From Rhynchopus sp. YZ270_cl-10 (lineage: Eukaryota), in assembly GCA_964035575.1 (NCBI GenBank), contig OZ037835.1, forward strand, positions 2,170,001-2,234,000: DNA of 64,000 nt, given 5' to 3'. Shown here piece after piece: positions 35,121-46,983 of this stretch. The translations under genes were made by a program, and so were the position numbers. The notes below the pieces were generated by a model. It ran no database searches. It was not told where the DNA came from and saw only the letters and a program-made list of their open reading frames with translations. Numbering within the stretch: position 1 is the stretch's first letter; each line of letters begins with the position of its first letter.

Positions 35121-35640
35121 AAATGTAGGGTCTGTGCTACGCGGAAAGGCTGGTACTTGAGTTTGTTCACTGTTTGTTGTAACTCCTTCCCTACCGGTAC
35201 TCCCTTACTTGTAAGGAAGAAGTTACAACTTTCTCTGTACAAATCAGGGGAATTTTGTGTGGCCGTCTGCCATATTGTGTGGACATGTTAGCTGACGGTG
35301 CTGCTGTTTCTTTTACAACAACACTGCTCTTGCTGTTGATTTTTCTTTTTCATTTTTACTTTTTATTGTTTCGAAAAACGGAGGTTAATGTTTCCGGTTC
35401 GGGCCTGGACTCCGACCCCTACTTTTGCTGACGCGAACGAACGGTCGTGAACCGTCCCCATTCTCTTACGGTGTGGGCACCGCGGTAACGGTGGCTAGGA
35501 AGAAGGGAATCACCCAGAACCACTAATCGCAGCCTGACAGGCACCGAACCTCGGGTGAGAATCCCCTCCTGTCAGCCCTGTTCGAAGTACCTATTTTGTT
35601 TGACCTTCTTGTCTTTTTGACTTTTTGACTTTTTCTTTTA

Positions 35641-35970
35641 CCGTAAAAATATTTATTCTGGGCTGTAACTATTCTGAGACAGAAGTATACTGGACCGGAA
35701 CAAAACTGGAACACTTGGGGTTTTTGGGGGTGTCCCAGTTTTGTTCCGGCCAAGAACAGTTCTGTTGGGGTAGAATTTTTATCCCCATTCCCACCCCACC
35801 CAGGTGCATAGTGCATCTTTGGGCAAAAAAAAATTCGTCGCACTCCTCGTTTTTTTTGACAAGGCACGGATACCCCCCAAAACAATGCTGGTACGGAACA
35901 AAACTGGAACAATCGACGATTTTTTGGGGTGTTCCAGTTTTGTTCCGGCCCAGAATAAATATTTTTACGG
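35641..35970. mobile_element. Tc1/mariner-type (pogo-like) MITE, TA TSD
   Basis: TA|CCGTAAAAATATTTATTCTGGGC ... GCCCAGAATAAATATTTTTACGG|TA perfect TIRs, with internal GGAACAAAACTGGAACA repeats. Confidence 0.9.
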
Positions 35971-37696
35971 TATGCTATCGAACAGTGCACCCCCAGTAGT
36001 GTTGGCATGCATACCTGGGCTGGTCGGCTTGCCGATCTGTTCCAGGGACTGGGGTAAAGTGCCACTAAACGCAGCAGGTACCTGTGTTTTTTGGGGGTCT
36101 TTTGGTTGGGAAGGCCACAGAAAGAAGGCCCGGCCTGCCAGAGACCGTTAAAACGGACTACCCTTACCCTGACGAAAAGTAAGAAGTTCGTGGCCAGAGC
36201 AGCACTTCATGCGTTGGGTGAGAGGGACATCACAGCAGAGAGGCTGGTGACTGTGGAGGATCCTGAGGTGGCGTGTTTGCTTCTGCAGGCGGAGGTTGCG
36301 ACTGTCATTCCGAAAGGATTCTTGTCGGGTTCATCGTTAACGAGACTTGATCTGAGTGCTGTGTCGTGTGTGACGGGAATTGCTGACGATTTCCTTCACG
36401 GGTGCACAACGTTAACAAGCATCGACCTGTCTGGGTTGACACGTCTCACGCGGGTGGGCACCAGCTTTCTTAGCGACTGCAGAAGCCTCACAGCAGTAGA
36501 CTTATCATCACTTCGCAATGTTACCTGCATTGGTGAAAGGTTTCTTGCCAGCTGCCGCAGCCTCACAGTTGTGGATTTATCACCACTCAGCAATGTCACT
36601 CACATTGACACAAGCTTTCTTTACAACTGCAGGAACCTCACATCAGTAGATTTATCGCCATTTCGCAATGTTACGCACATTGGTACGAGCTTTCTTGACA
36701 GTTGCAGCAGCCTCACTGCAGTGGATTTATCACCACTTCGCAATGTTACTCACATTTATGACTGCTTTCTTGCCTACTGCAGAGGCCTTAAAGTAGTGGA
36801 CCTATCACAATGTTACACACGTTGGTACGAGCTTTTTTTACTACTGCAGCGGCCTCACAGCAGTGGACTTATCGCCACTCAGCAATATTACTCACATTAA
36901 TCACTGGTTTCTTTACTACTGCAGCAACCTCACAGAACTAGACCTATCACCACTTCGCAATGTTACGCACATTGGTACCAACTTTCTTTACAACTGCAGA
37001 AGCCTCACAGTAGTGGACTTAGCACCACTTCGCAATGTTACTCATCTTGGTACAAGCTTTCTTTACAACTGCAGAAGCATCACACAACTCGACCTGTCAC
37101 CACTCCGCAATGTTACACACATGGGAGATGCTTGTACATATACCGACGGGCAACCGCGACACTTCATTGAGGAGCATCCACCTTGGCGGCTGCAGCAGTG
37201 TTGTGTCCAGTCGAGTACACGAATGCGAGCTGAAGGAGTATGTGGTTGACGCACCTCCGACACGTGGCAGAGAGAATACGAAAGAAGCCGTACATTGCTG
37301 CAGTGTTTCGTAAAGAGCGACAAGCTGGGCACTCAAAAACTCAGTGGTAACAGCGGTCTGCCTTCTACTTGCTTCCGTCCCGTTCTGCACGTATTCTCCG
37401 TCTGTTCAGATCTACCACTTCCCGAAAGACAGAGCCAACCACCACGTTTCTTCTTACCCCTCCCAAACAAGAGACAATTTGTACAACAAATGACAATTCG
37501 GAAAAACGATTTTTGAATTGGTGCTAATATGTTGTGTTTCTTTTGTTTCTGTTTTTCACTTCTAAATACTGTTCTCACAAATATTCGGACAAAAGTAACA
37601 AAACAAAAGACCTCTCCCCTTGTAACTGTTTGTTGTCTCTTGCGTACTCTTACCCCCAATTGAAAACACCTGCACAAAACAGAGAGACACAAAATC

Positions 37697-39139
37697 ATGG
37701 AAATATGTGTGGAGAGCTTTGACGGAGAGAAGTACACAGTTGAGGTGGGTGTGGATGATACAACTGCGGACATACGGCGGAAGGTGGCGTCTGCAGCTGA
37801 GTTGTGCGAAGACGGCTTTGATATGAGCTTCGGTGGGAAGGTGCTGGCCGAAGGAGACTACATCACGCAGCTGAGTGCTGGGGACACAGTTGTGCTGACG
37901 AAGAAGACGAAGTCGCAGAAGGACGACGCCATTGCAGCTCTTCGTGACCTGGGTGAGACAACGCTGACGTCAGAGAGGTTCAAAGGTCTGGAAGATCCCA
38001 AGCTGGTTCATTTGTTTCTGCAGGCGGAGGTTGTTACTGAGATACCCTATAGATTCTTGTCACGTGGCACGTTCTCAGAACTTCATCTCAGTGGTGTGCC
38101 AGGTGTGACTAAAATAGAAGGAAGTTTCCTCCGCTCCTGCACCTCATTGCACACTGCTGATTTATCTGGGTGGAGCAACGTGCCGAAAATAGAGGAGAAC
38201 TTCCTCCTCAACTGCACTGCATTGCGAACCTTGAACTTGTCTGGGTGGAAGAATGTGACAGGGCTTTCTACGGGCTTTCTCAGCAACTGTGCGTTGACCA
38301 CACTGGATATTTCCGGGTGGAACAATATGAGGGAGTCTGTGGGAAGCCCTTTTCTCTCCAACTGCACTGCATTGCACACCCTTGACTTGTCTGGGTGGAA
38401 CAACGTGACGGTGGTTAATAATTACTTCCTCTTACGCCTCACTTCATTGACCACACTGGATATTTCTGGGTGGAACAATGTGATGCAAATTAGAGACGCT
38501 TTTCTCTACGAACGCACTGCATTGCGAACCCTTGACTTGTCTGGGTGGGGCAATGTAACGCGTATTGGGGGGCACTTTGTCGCCAACTGCACCTCATTGA
38601 CCACACTAGATATTTCTGGGTGGAACAATGTGACGGGGGTTGCGATGGGCTTTCTCAGCAACTGCAGTGCGTTAACCACACTGGATATTTCTGGGTGGAA
38701 CTATGTGAAGCTATTAGGGAACCACTTCCTCTATAACTGCACTTCATTGACCACACTAGATATTTCTGGGTGGAACAATGTGACGCATATGGAAAGCTCT
38801 TTTCTCTCCAACTGCACTGCATTGCACACCCTTTACTTGTCTGGGTGGAACAACGTGACGCAGGTTGATGAGTACTTTCTCTCCAACTGCGTATCATTGA
38901 CCACACTGGATATTTCCGGGTGGAACAATGTAAGGCTAATCGGGAGGCGCTTCCTCTACAACTGCAGTGCATTGCGAACACTTGACTTATCTGGGTTGAC
39001 GACTGTTCAGAACATTGGGACAGGCTTTCTAGAAAGATGCAACATACCCACAAGCAGCATCAACGTCACCGGATCAAGCAGTGTTGTGTCAGAATGTGTG
39101 CATGGACCTAGCGGTAGCTGCAAATGTGTGTGCATGTGA
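37697..39139 (+). CDS. UBL + LRR protein, divergent subfamily (SGW repeats), 480 aa, C-terminal CaaX (CVCM)
   Basis: MEICVESFDGEKYTVEVGVDDTTADIRRKV..FGGKVL is UBL-like. About 13 repeats LTTLDISGWNNVxxxxxxFLxNCTx; ends SCKCVCM*. Confidence 0.88.
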   Translation: MEICVESFDGEKYTVEVGVDDTTADIRRKVASAAELCEDGFDMSFGGKVLAEGDYITQLSAGDTVVLTKKTKSQKDDAIAALRDLGETTLTSERFKGLEDPKLVHLFLQAEVVTEIPYRFLSRGTFSELHLSGVPGVTKIEGSFLRSCTSLHTADLSGWSNVPKIEENFLLNCTALRTLNLSGWKNVTGLSTGFLSNCALTTLDISGWNNMRESVGSPFLSNCTALHTLDLSGWNNVTVVNNYFLLRLTSLTTLDISGWNNVMQIRDAFLYERTALRTLDLSGWGNVTRIGGHFVANCTSLTTLDISGWNNVTGVAMGFLSNCSALTTLDISGWNYVKLLGNHFLYNCTSLTTLDISGWNNVTHMESSFLSNCTALHTLYLSGWNNVTQVDEYFLSNCVSLTTLDISGWNNVRLIGRRFLYNCSALRTLDLSGLTTVQNIGTGFLERCNIPTSSINVTGSSSVVSECVHGPSGSCKCVCM

Positions 39140-41118
39140 GGCATGGGATTTTACTTTGCACGTTGCACTTTGCCCCTACCAAAAATATGAAACTGGAGAT
39201 GTTTTTTTTGTGAACACTTCTTTGCATCCTCGCTGAGACAACGAAGTGTTGTTTTATACTAAGTTGCGACAAATGCTTTGTCACAACACAGGTTTGTGGT
39301 GGGAAATGAGTCAGCTGTCTTTGTTTTTCGTGGACATGACACGTGTGGTATAATATTATGTTCGGAAACCTTTTTGTGTGTTTTTGTAATTTATGAGGGA
39401 AGTCTTTAAAGTATACACGAAGACGATTCTTGTGCTCCTAATTCTCCCCACACTATGTCAATACAACAGGTTAGACCAAACCCTCCCAGACCGTTTGGTC
39501 TGGGAGGGTTTGGGGTTTCTTCTTTCTCTCAGTTCACTCTTCTTCTTGAGCCATTACGAGAGGCGTTTGCTGTAATATTATGACTATTATAACTAAGTCA
39601 TACAAAAAGTGTGTGAGGTCTGTTTCGCTATTTTTTACCTCACGTTTTTAGAATCAACATAGTGTGTACGTTACGATTTTATTCCCCTCCCCATTTATTG
39701 TGCACTCACCTCATTTCTGTACTTCAGGCTCAGGGTTTTTTCCGTGTTGACATCAATTTCTGGGCGTTTTGAAGAAAAGCGTTTCAAAAAAATGAAAGCC
39801 TTCAAGGGGAAAACAAAAGAAGTTTTTGTTTTTATTTGCTTTGATCTGGGTGAGGAAGCGTTCCAACTTTTCAATATCTCCCCCATTTTCCTATTTTCCC
39901 ACCCCCGTTTTTAGAATCAACGGAGCGTGTACATTAAGATTTTTCATGACAAAAAGAACAAAATACCAACTGAACAAGATAAAACAAAAAAGCTTGCGTT
40001 TCTTTTATCGAACAGATTTTATTCTCCGCCCCGTACCCAAAACGTAAACACCACTTTGAATCAGAAAAAATATTTTCGTTTCTTTTTTCTTCCACACGCG
40101 CCTGGTTTTTGTGTTTCATTAACTTTTATCAAAAAGCTTTCCCTAGTTTCGAGTACGAAACAATATATATGCCAAACAGGTGCAGGGTGGTTCCGTGCTT
40201 ATCATAGAACCCGGCACCTTGTGTGTCTTCCAAAAACCAAAAAGCGTTGTGTGTGAAGTTTTGAAGGAAGGAAAAATAAAATTAACATAACAACCCTGAT
40301 TGATAGTGTGTATGACGTGGGTAACTAGACAAAGGAAGGTGGATTTTTCAAGGGAAAAGTGACTCAGAGAACAAATATGTGCGTTGACACTTTCGAAACT
40401 GTAGTCAGTATCGGTCTGCGAATCAAATTGAAAACGGCGTGTTTGCGCTTCATTCATATCGCAGAGGATAGAGAAGCTGAAAAGTCATGAAAATACAAAA
40501 CTGACGTTTGAAACAGCAAAATAAATAAAAAAACAACTGAAGCTTTTCTGCAGTGCATTTGCCACACTTACTACTCCTGCTTCAGGCATGCTTCGGGCAT
40601 GCCCTCCAGCTGGTACGCCTGCACTTCTTCCTTCGGAACCCCCAGCAGATTCTTGGTGGTCTCCAGCTGGTCGAGTTTGACCCACCGCGTGTCCGAGCGG
40701 TCCCACAGCTAGACCAAACGTCTCCACTTCGTTGTCGATCTAAGTCGAGCCTCTTCAGTGCTTCGGTGGTGGATTGCTCCATCTCACAAGAGTCAACTTC
40801 CTCCGACACCTGTCAAGAGTTGATAAGTCATTTTCCGTACATCTTCCGTGAACCACACACCTGAGCAGACAGTTCAGAACACCACCTTCACACATCTCTC
40901 CTTTTTCATCACCTGTAAAGGACGTGGTGGCGGCTTTCCACTGATTTTCTTCTCAACGCGTGTGGTCACGTTGCTGCGTTCGTACGACCTCCACCAATGC
41001 TTTCCTCCACGCACTCCGTGCCTTCTTCCCACCATGATTGCCTCCTTCAGTGTTCTGATGTCCTCTCCTACTCCCACAACCCCACCACACAACAGAGCAA
41101 CACAAAAAGGAAGACAAA

Positions 41119-42223
41119 ATGGACGTAACCATCAAGGGGTACGACGACAACTTGTTCATGATTGAGGTGGGTGTGGATGACACAACGGAGACGATGCGGC
41201 AGAAGGTGGCGTCTGCAGTGGGGTTGGCTGAGGACAGCTTCCACATGGGCTTCGGAGGGAAGGACGAAGGAGACGACATCACGCAGCTGAGTGCTGGTGA
41301 CACAATCATCCTCACGAAAACTAAGAAGTACGCAGCCCGAGCAGAGCTTCATGCGTTGGGTGAGACCGACATCACTGCAGAGCGATTGGAGGAGGTGGAG
41401 GATCCTGAGGTTGCGTGTTTGCTTCTGCAGGCGGAGGTTGCGACTGTCATTCCGAATAAATTCTTGTCGGGTTCATCGTTAACGAGACTTGATCTGAGTG
41501 CTGTGTCGTGTGTGACGGAGGTTGGTGATAGGTTTCTGTACGGTTGTGCAACGTTGACAAGCATCGACCTGTCTGGGTTGAGCAATGTGACGCGCATCGG
41601 CAGCTGCTTTCTCCACAGCTGCAAAGGTTTAACCACTGGATCTTTCGCCACTCCGCAACGTGACAGAAGTCTGCGATAACTTTCTCTACGACTGCGAAGG
41701 TTTAACCGATCTGGATCTTTCAGCACTCAGCAATTTGACGCGCATCGGTAGCTGCTTTCTCTACGACTGCAAAGGCTTAACCACTCTGGATCTTTCGCCA
41801 CTCAGCAACGTGACAGAAGTCGGCAAGAGCTTTCTCTACTACTGCAAAGGCTTAACCACTCTGGATCTTTCGCCACTCAGCAACGTGACAGAAGTCGGTG
41901 AAAGCTTTCTCTACGACTGCAAAGGCTTAACCACTCTGGTTCTTTCAGCACTCAGCAATTTGACGCGCATCGGTAGCTGCTTTCTCCACAGCTGCAAAGG
42001 TTTAACCACTCTGGATCTTTCACCACTCTGCAGGGTTACGTTTCTTGGTTCGCACTTTCTTACGTACTGCACTTCGTTGAAGAGTATTCACCTTACCGGC
42101 TGCAGCAGTGCTGTGTCCGACGCAGTAGTGAAGTGCAAGCTTAGCAAGCTTGTGGTTGAAGCACGTCCGAAACGCAGCAGAGACGAATCCCCCCAGCAAG
42201 CACGGCAGAGACACGCACAATGA
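41119..42223 (+). pseudogene. UBL-LRR paralog with a frameshift (~41636), ~8 repeats, basic C-terminus
   Basis: Near-identical to 44127-45761. ACCACTGGATC instead of ACCACTCTGGATC (2-nt loss) shifts the frame. Could be a sequencing indel. Confidence 0.8.
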
Positions 42224-44126
42224 CGATGTGGTGTTCTGCATAACGAGCTTCCTCAAGTCGCTCTTCCAGCGAAAGCAGACATGGTGGCAGTTTAGTGAGG
42301 ACACATCAGTTGGAAAATGTTTGTTTAATATTCATGAGGGTAGTAGCATCAGTTTGTAATGTGGTCCACGTGTTTGTGGGAATTGTCAAGATCTTGATCA
42401 CAAAGATGAAGATTTGGGCTGTGTAAAATGTTTGTCTTTTTTGCCTTGTCGGGTGTGTGCACTGTATGTGAAACAACTGTGGATCTGCAGGCACATGCTC
42501 TGATGTTTATTCAATGAGGTGTGTTGTGGTTTTGTTTTGTTTTTACGCTTTTTTTTTACGTTAGTAGAAGAAGGGACCTTGCGAACATTCTTTCGCAGGT
42601 GGGTGCAAGCTGTCACCGTGCTCCTCGACTTCAATTCGACCAACACTGGGCCGGTCTTACGCACAGTTCCGTCGAGGGACGTACTGTTGGCAACTAACCT
42701 TCACACCTTTGCCCCCACTGTTTAGGATACGACTTACATGCAGCATACAAGCGCAGCATTTGGGCTCATTTTTTATACGTGTAGTGCTTCACCCTCATTC
42801 TTTGTCATCCGACTCAGCAGCCTTGTGCGCGGGTTGTTTCATGAATTCTGAGGGAGAAAGCTACAGTTTGTTGAATTGAATTGGAGAAGGGGATGCGTCC
42901 AATGAAAATCACTTTGCATAGAAGAGTTCAATAATGCTGTAGTAGCTCGAGAATGTAACTTTGTGTCATGGCTTGCGGAGGTCATGGGTTGGGAGGGTGT
43001 GGAGACCTCAGTATCGACAGAGTCGATGTGTTTCTTCTCCCTCAGCCTCCTTCCCGTGCTGCATAACGTGACTCAGGACGACAACTCGTCGAGAGACCTT
43101 CCACAGCTGCGTATGGCAGCATTGAGGGAGACGTCGTGAGCAGAGAGTTTGCTTAACTTTTATTTTGGTTCAGCTTTCTTGTGTAACAAGAGCTGAAGTG
43201 TGTTGTTTCTGTTCATTTAGTGTTTACGAGTGCCCCTGTGTGTGTGTACGCACGTATCACTGACCATGCAGGTGGTGTGGTGCTGTGCAAAGTATGTGCG
43301 CGTACGTACGCGGCGAGTTTTCTGAACATCGGTGTACGTGTTTTCGTCACAGCACTAGCTGTTGTAAGCCCTGTTCCACAAATTAATTTGTACGAGTACA
43401 CTGTCACAAGGGATTTGTATTTAATGTCAACTTTGTATTTTGCATCAATGAATTGTGAATTTTCACGTTTTTCCTTTGGGCGATGTTAGAGTTGACAAAG
43501 TGGGGATGTCAGGGCCTGGTTGTCTTCTTTGTCTACACACTGCCGCGTGTTGTCGAGTGCGTGACACTCAGCGTCCCTCTTAGTTTACCCTGGAGGCGGC
43601 CGTCGTCACTGTTGTACACCACCATTAACGAGACAATCAGGTTGGCTGGTTCTCTATGAATGAAAATGTTTTTTAAAAGAAGGGAAAACGTTTCTCAATT
43701 ATTTTTCATTTTAGTGACTCAGAACGAGAAGCTTAGGATATTACCAACTGTTCTCTTTTCGTTTTTTTTTACCGCGATCCCTCCCGATTTCAGACTCCGT
43801 CTCCCGCCTTTGTTTCAGCCCCTTGCTCACAAGAGAATGATCCATTGTCCCCTGCGCTGCTGTCTCGCGTCTCCCCTAGCCTGGTAGTGCGAGGTCGGCT
43901 TTTCAGTGTCCCTCAGCACTTCCCCTGCTTGCCTGAAAACGGAGCATTGCAGGTTCGTGTACTTCCCCCAACACGTCACACATCATGTCAGCACCTTCGG
44001 CTTCAGGTCTTGCTTTCCTCCACGCACTCCGTGCCTTCTTCCCACATGATTCCTTCAGTGTTCTGATGTCCTCTCCTACTCCCACAACCCCACCACACAA
44101 CAGAGCAACACAAAAAGGAAGACAAA

Positions 44127-45761
44127 ATGGACGTAACCATCAAGGGGTACGATGACAACTTGCTCATGATCGAGGTGGGTGTGGATGACACAACGGAGAC
44201 GATGCGGCAGAAGGTGGCGTCTGCAGTGGGGTTGGCTGAGGACAGCTTCCACATGGGCTTCGGAGGGAAGGACGAAGGAGACGACATCACGCAGCTGAGT
44301 GCTGGGGACACAATCATCCTCACGAAAACTAAGAAGTACGCAGCCCGAGCAGAGCTTCATGCGTTGGGTGAGACCGACATCACTGCAGAGCGATTGGAGG
44401 AGGTGGAGGATCCTGAGGTGGCGTGTTTGCTTCTGCAGGCGGAGGTTGTGACTGTCATTCCGAATGACTTCTTGTCGGGTTCATCATTAACGAGGCTTGA
44501 TCTGAGTGCTGTGTCGTGTGTGACGGAAGTTGGTGATAGCTTTCTGTACGATTGCACAATGTTGACAAGCATCGACCTGTCAGGGTTGAGCAATGTGACG
44601 CGCATCGGCAGCTGCTTTCTCTACGACTGCGAAGGTTTAACCACTCTGGATCTTTCGCCACTCAGCAACGTAACAGAAGTCGGCAAGAGCTTTCTCTACG
44701 ACTGCAAAGGTTTAACCACTCTGGATCTTTCGCCACTCAGCAACTTGACGCGCATCGGTAGCTTCTTTCTCCACAGCTGCAAAGGTTTAACCACTCTGGA
44801 TCTTTCGCCACTCCGCCACGTGACAGAAGTCTGCGATAACTTTCTCTACGACTGCGAAGGTTTAACCACTCTGGATCTTTCAGCACTCAGCAATTTGACG
44901 CGCATCGGCAGCTGCTTTCTCTACGACTGCAAAGGCTTAACCACTCTGGATCTTTCGCCACTCAGCAACGTGTCAGAAGTCGGCAAGAGCTTTCTCTACG
45001 ACTGCAAAGGTTTAACCACTCTGGATCTTTCAGCACTCAGCAACTTGACGCGCATCGGTAGCTTCTTTCTCTCCAACTGCGAAGGTTTAACCACTCTGGA
45101 TCTTTCGCCACTCAGCAAAGTGAAAGAAGTCGGTGACTACTTTCTCTACGACTGCAAAGGCTTAACCACTCTGGATCTTTCGCCACTCAGCAACGTGACA
45201 GAAGTCGGCAAGAGCTTTCTCTCCGACTGCAAAGGTTTAACCACTCTGGATCTTTCAGCACTCAGCAATTTGACGCGCATCGGTAGCTGCTTTCTCCACA
45301 GCTGCAAAGGTTTAACCACTCTGGATCTTTCTGCACTCCGCAACGTGACAGAAGTCTGCGATAACTTTCTCTACGACTGCGAAGGTTTAACCACTCTGGA
45401 TCTTTCGCCACTCAGCAACGTGACAGAAGTCGGCAAGAGCTTTCTCTACGACTGCCAAGGTTTGACCACTCTGGATCTTTCACCACTCAGCAACGTGACA
45501 GAATTCGGTAACCACTTTCTCAGTAGCTGCAAAGGTTTAACCACTCTGGATCTTTCACCACTCTGCAGGGTTACGTTTATTGGTTCGGACTTTCTTACGT
45601 ACTGCACTTCGTTGAAGAGTATTCACCTTACCGGCTGCAGCAGTGCTGTGTCCGACGCAGTAAAGTGCAAGCTGAGCAAGCTTGTGGTTGAAGCACGTCC
45701 GAAACGCAGCAGAGACGAATCCCCCCAGCAAGCACACAAACGGCAGAGATCCGCACAATGA
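44127..45761 (+). CDS. UBL + LRR protein, 544 aa, ~15 repeats, bipartite-NLS-like C-terminus
   Basis: UBL N-terminus, repeats LTTLDLSPLSNVTEVGKSFLYDCKG, ends RPKRSRDESPQQAHKRQRSAQ*. Confidence 0.9.
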   Translation: MDVTIKGYDDNLLMIEVGVDDTTETMRQKVASAVGLAEDSFHMGFGGKDEGDDITQLSAGDTIILTKTKKYAARAELHALGETDITAERLEEVEDPEVACLLLQAEVVTVIPNDFLSGSSLTRLDLSAVSCVTEVGDSFLYDCTMLTSIDLSGLSNVTRIGSCFLYDCEGLTTLDLSPLSNVTEVGKSFLYDCKGLTTLDLSPLSNLTRIGSFFLHSCKGLTTLDLSPLRHVTEVCDNFLYDCEGLTTLDLSALSNLTRIGSCFLYDCKGLTTLDLSPLSNVSEVGKSFLYDCKGLTTLDLSALSNLTRIGSFFLSNCEGLTTLDLSPLSKVKEVGDYFLYDCKGLTTLDLSPLSNVTEVGKSFLSDCKGLTTLDLSALSNLTRIGSCFLHSCKGLTTLDLSALRNVTEVCDNFLYDCEGLTTLDLSPLSNVTEVGKSFLYDCQGLTTLDLSPLSNVTEFGNHFLSSCKGLTTLDLSPLCRVTFIGSDFLTYCTSLKSIHLTGCSSAVSDAVKCKLSKLVVEARPKRSRDESPQQAHKRQRSAQ

Positions 45762-46983
45762 CGATGAGGTGTGCTGCATAACGAGCTTCCTCAAGTCGCT
45801 CTTCCAGCGAAAGCAGACATGGTGGCAGTTTAGTGAGGACACATCAGTTGGCAAATGTTTGTTTAATGTTGATGAGGGTAGCATCGGTTTGTAATGTGGT
45901 CCATGTTTTTGTGGGAATTGTCAAGATCTTGATCACAAAGATGAAGATTTGGGCTGTGTAAAATGTTTGTCTTCTTTGCCTTGTCGGGTGTGCACTGTAT
46001 GTGAAACAACTGTGGATCTGCAGGTACGTGCTCTGATGTTTATTCAGTGTGGTGTGTTGTGGTTTTGTTATGTTTTTACGCTTTTTTACGTTAGTAGAAG
46101 AAGGGACCTTGCGAACATTCTTTCGCAGGTGGGTGCAAGCTGTCACCTTGCTCCTCGACTTCAATTCAACCAACACTGGGCCGGTCTTACGCACAGTGCC
46201 GTCGAGGGACGTACTGTTGGCAACTAACCTTCACACCTTTGCCCCCACTGTTTAGGATACGACCAGGGGTCCTAAGAGTGGTAACTTTTACCACAGGCAT
46301 ATTGCTTACTTTGCCGGAAGTGGAAAAAAGCAAAACGGCGACCCTTTTTTTTTTTCCAGGCCGAAAAAAAATTTTCCCCCCGTTGAAAGCGGTCGTCGCG
46401 CGCTTCGCGCGCGCCTCCCTGCCAACCACAGAGGGTATTATATAGCCCAAGGTAGCCAAAGGTTCCTGGCGAAGCCACGGTACGCAACATTTCAAAAATC
46501 GCGCTTAAAATTGCACTATTTTACAGCCAAACTATGTCATGGGAAGGGTGTGCAAGCTTGCGCCGCAGGCGCACGGTACGCTACTTTTATGATTTTGCCA
46601 TATCCTTTTTCTCAATAAATGACGGCAGGAAACGGCGCGTTTGTCGCGTTGAAAACGCCGTTTTCTCGGGGAAAACGGCGCTTCGCCAATTTTGAAAACG
46701 GCGTTTTTTTGAAAGGCAGAACGGCGAAACGGCGTTTTCAAAAAAAAAAGTGTCACTTGTCGTTCCCTCACCCCCCTTCTTGTAGTTGTTTGATGCGTTG
46801 ACGCTTCCACACACACTAAAAATTACCTGTTGGTTGGTGGTGTTGCGGAGCACGGTTGGGTGAGTGAACGACGTGACACTTTCCGCTCACAAAGTAGTGT
46901 GCGTAAAAAAAATTGTAATTTTGGCCAAAAAGGCAAAACGGCGAAACGGCACTTAGCAATATGCCTGCTTTTACCACTTCTGA

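Larger units (their letters stand above)
33997..36167. mobile_element. Composite insertion flanked by a 19-bp target-site duplication
   Basis: CCTGACGAAAAGTAAGAAG at 33978-33996 and 36168-36186; single copy in the intact paralog at ~27674. Confidence 0.8.
33792..37313 (+). pseudogene. UBL-LRR paralog split by a 2.17-kb insertion and frameshifted; CaaX end (CCSVS)
   Basis: 5' part 33792-33996 (small deletions) and 3' part 36168-37313 (frameshifts near 36805 and 37150) together reconstruct a paralog of 27483-28841. Confidence 0.88.

Noticed and set aside
40560..40810. Coding-like minus-strand fragment
   Set aside because: Short, with no consistent frame or recognisable family.
44560..45600. 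CRISPR-like pattern of constant repeat plus variable spacer
   Set aside because: These are in-frame 75-nt LRR coding units, the 'spacers' are homologous to each other, and no cas genes are present.
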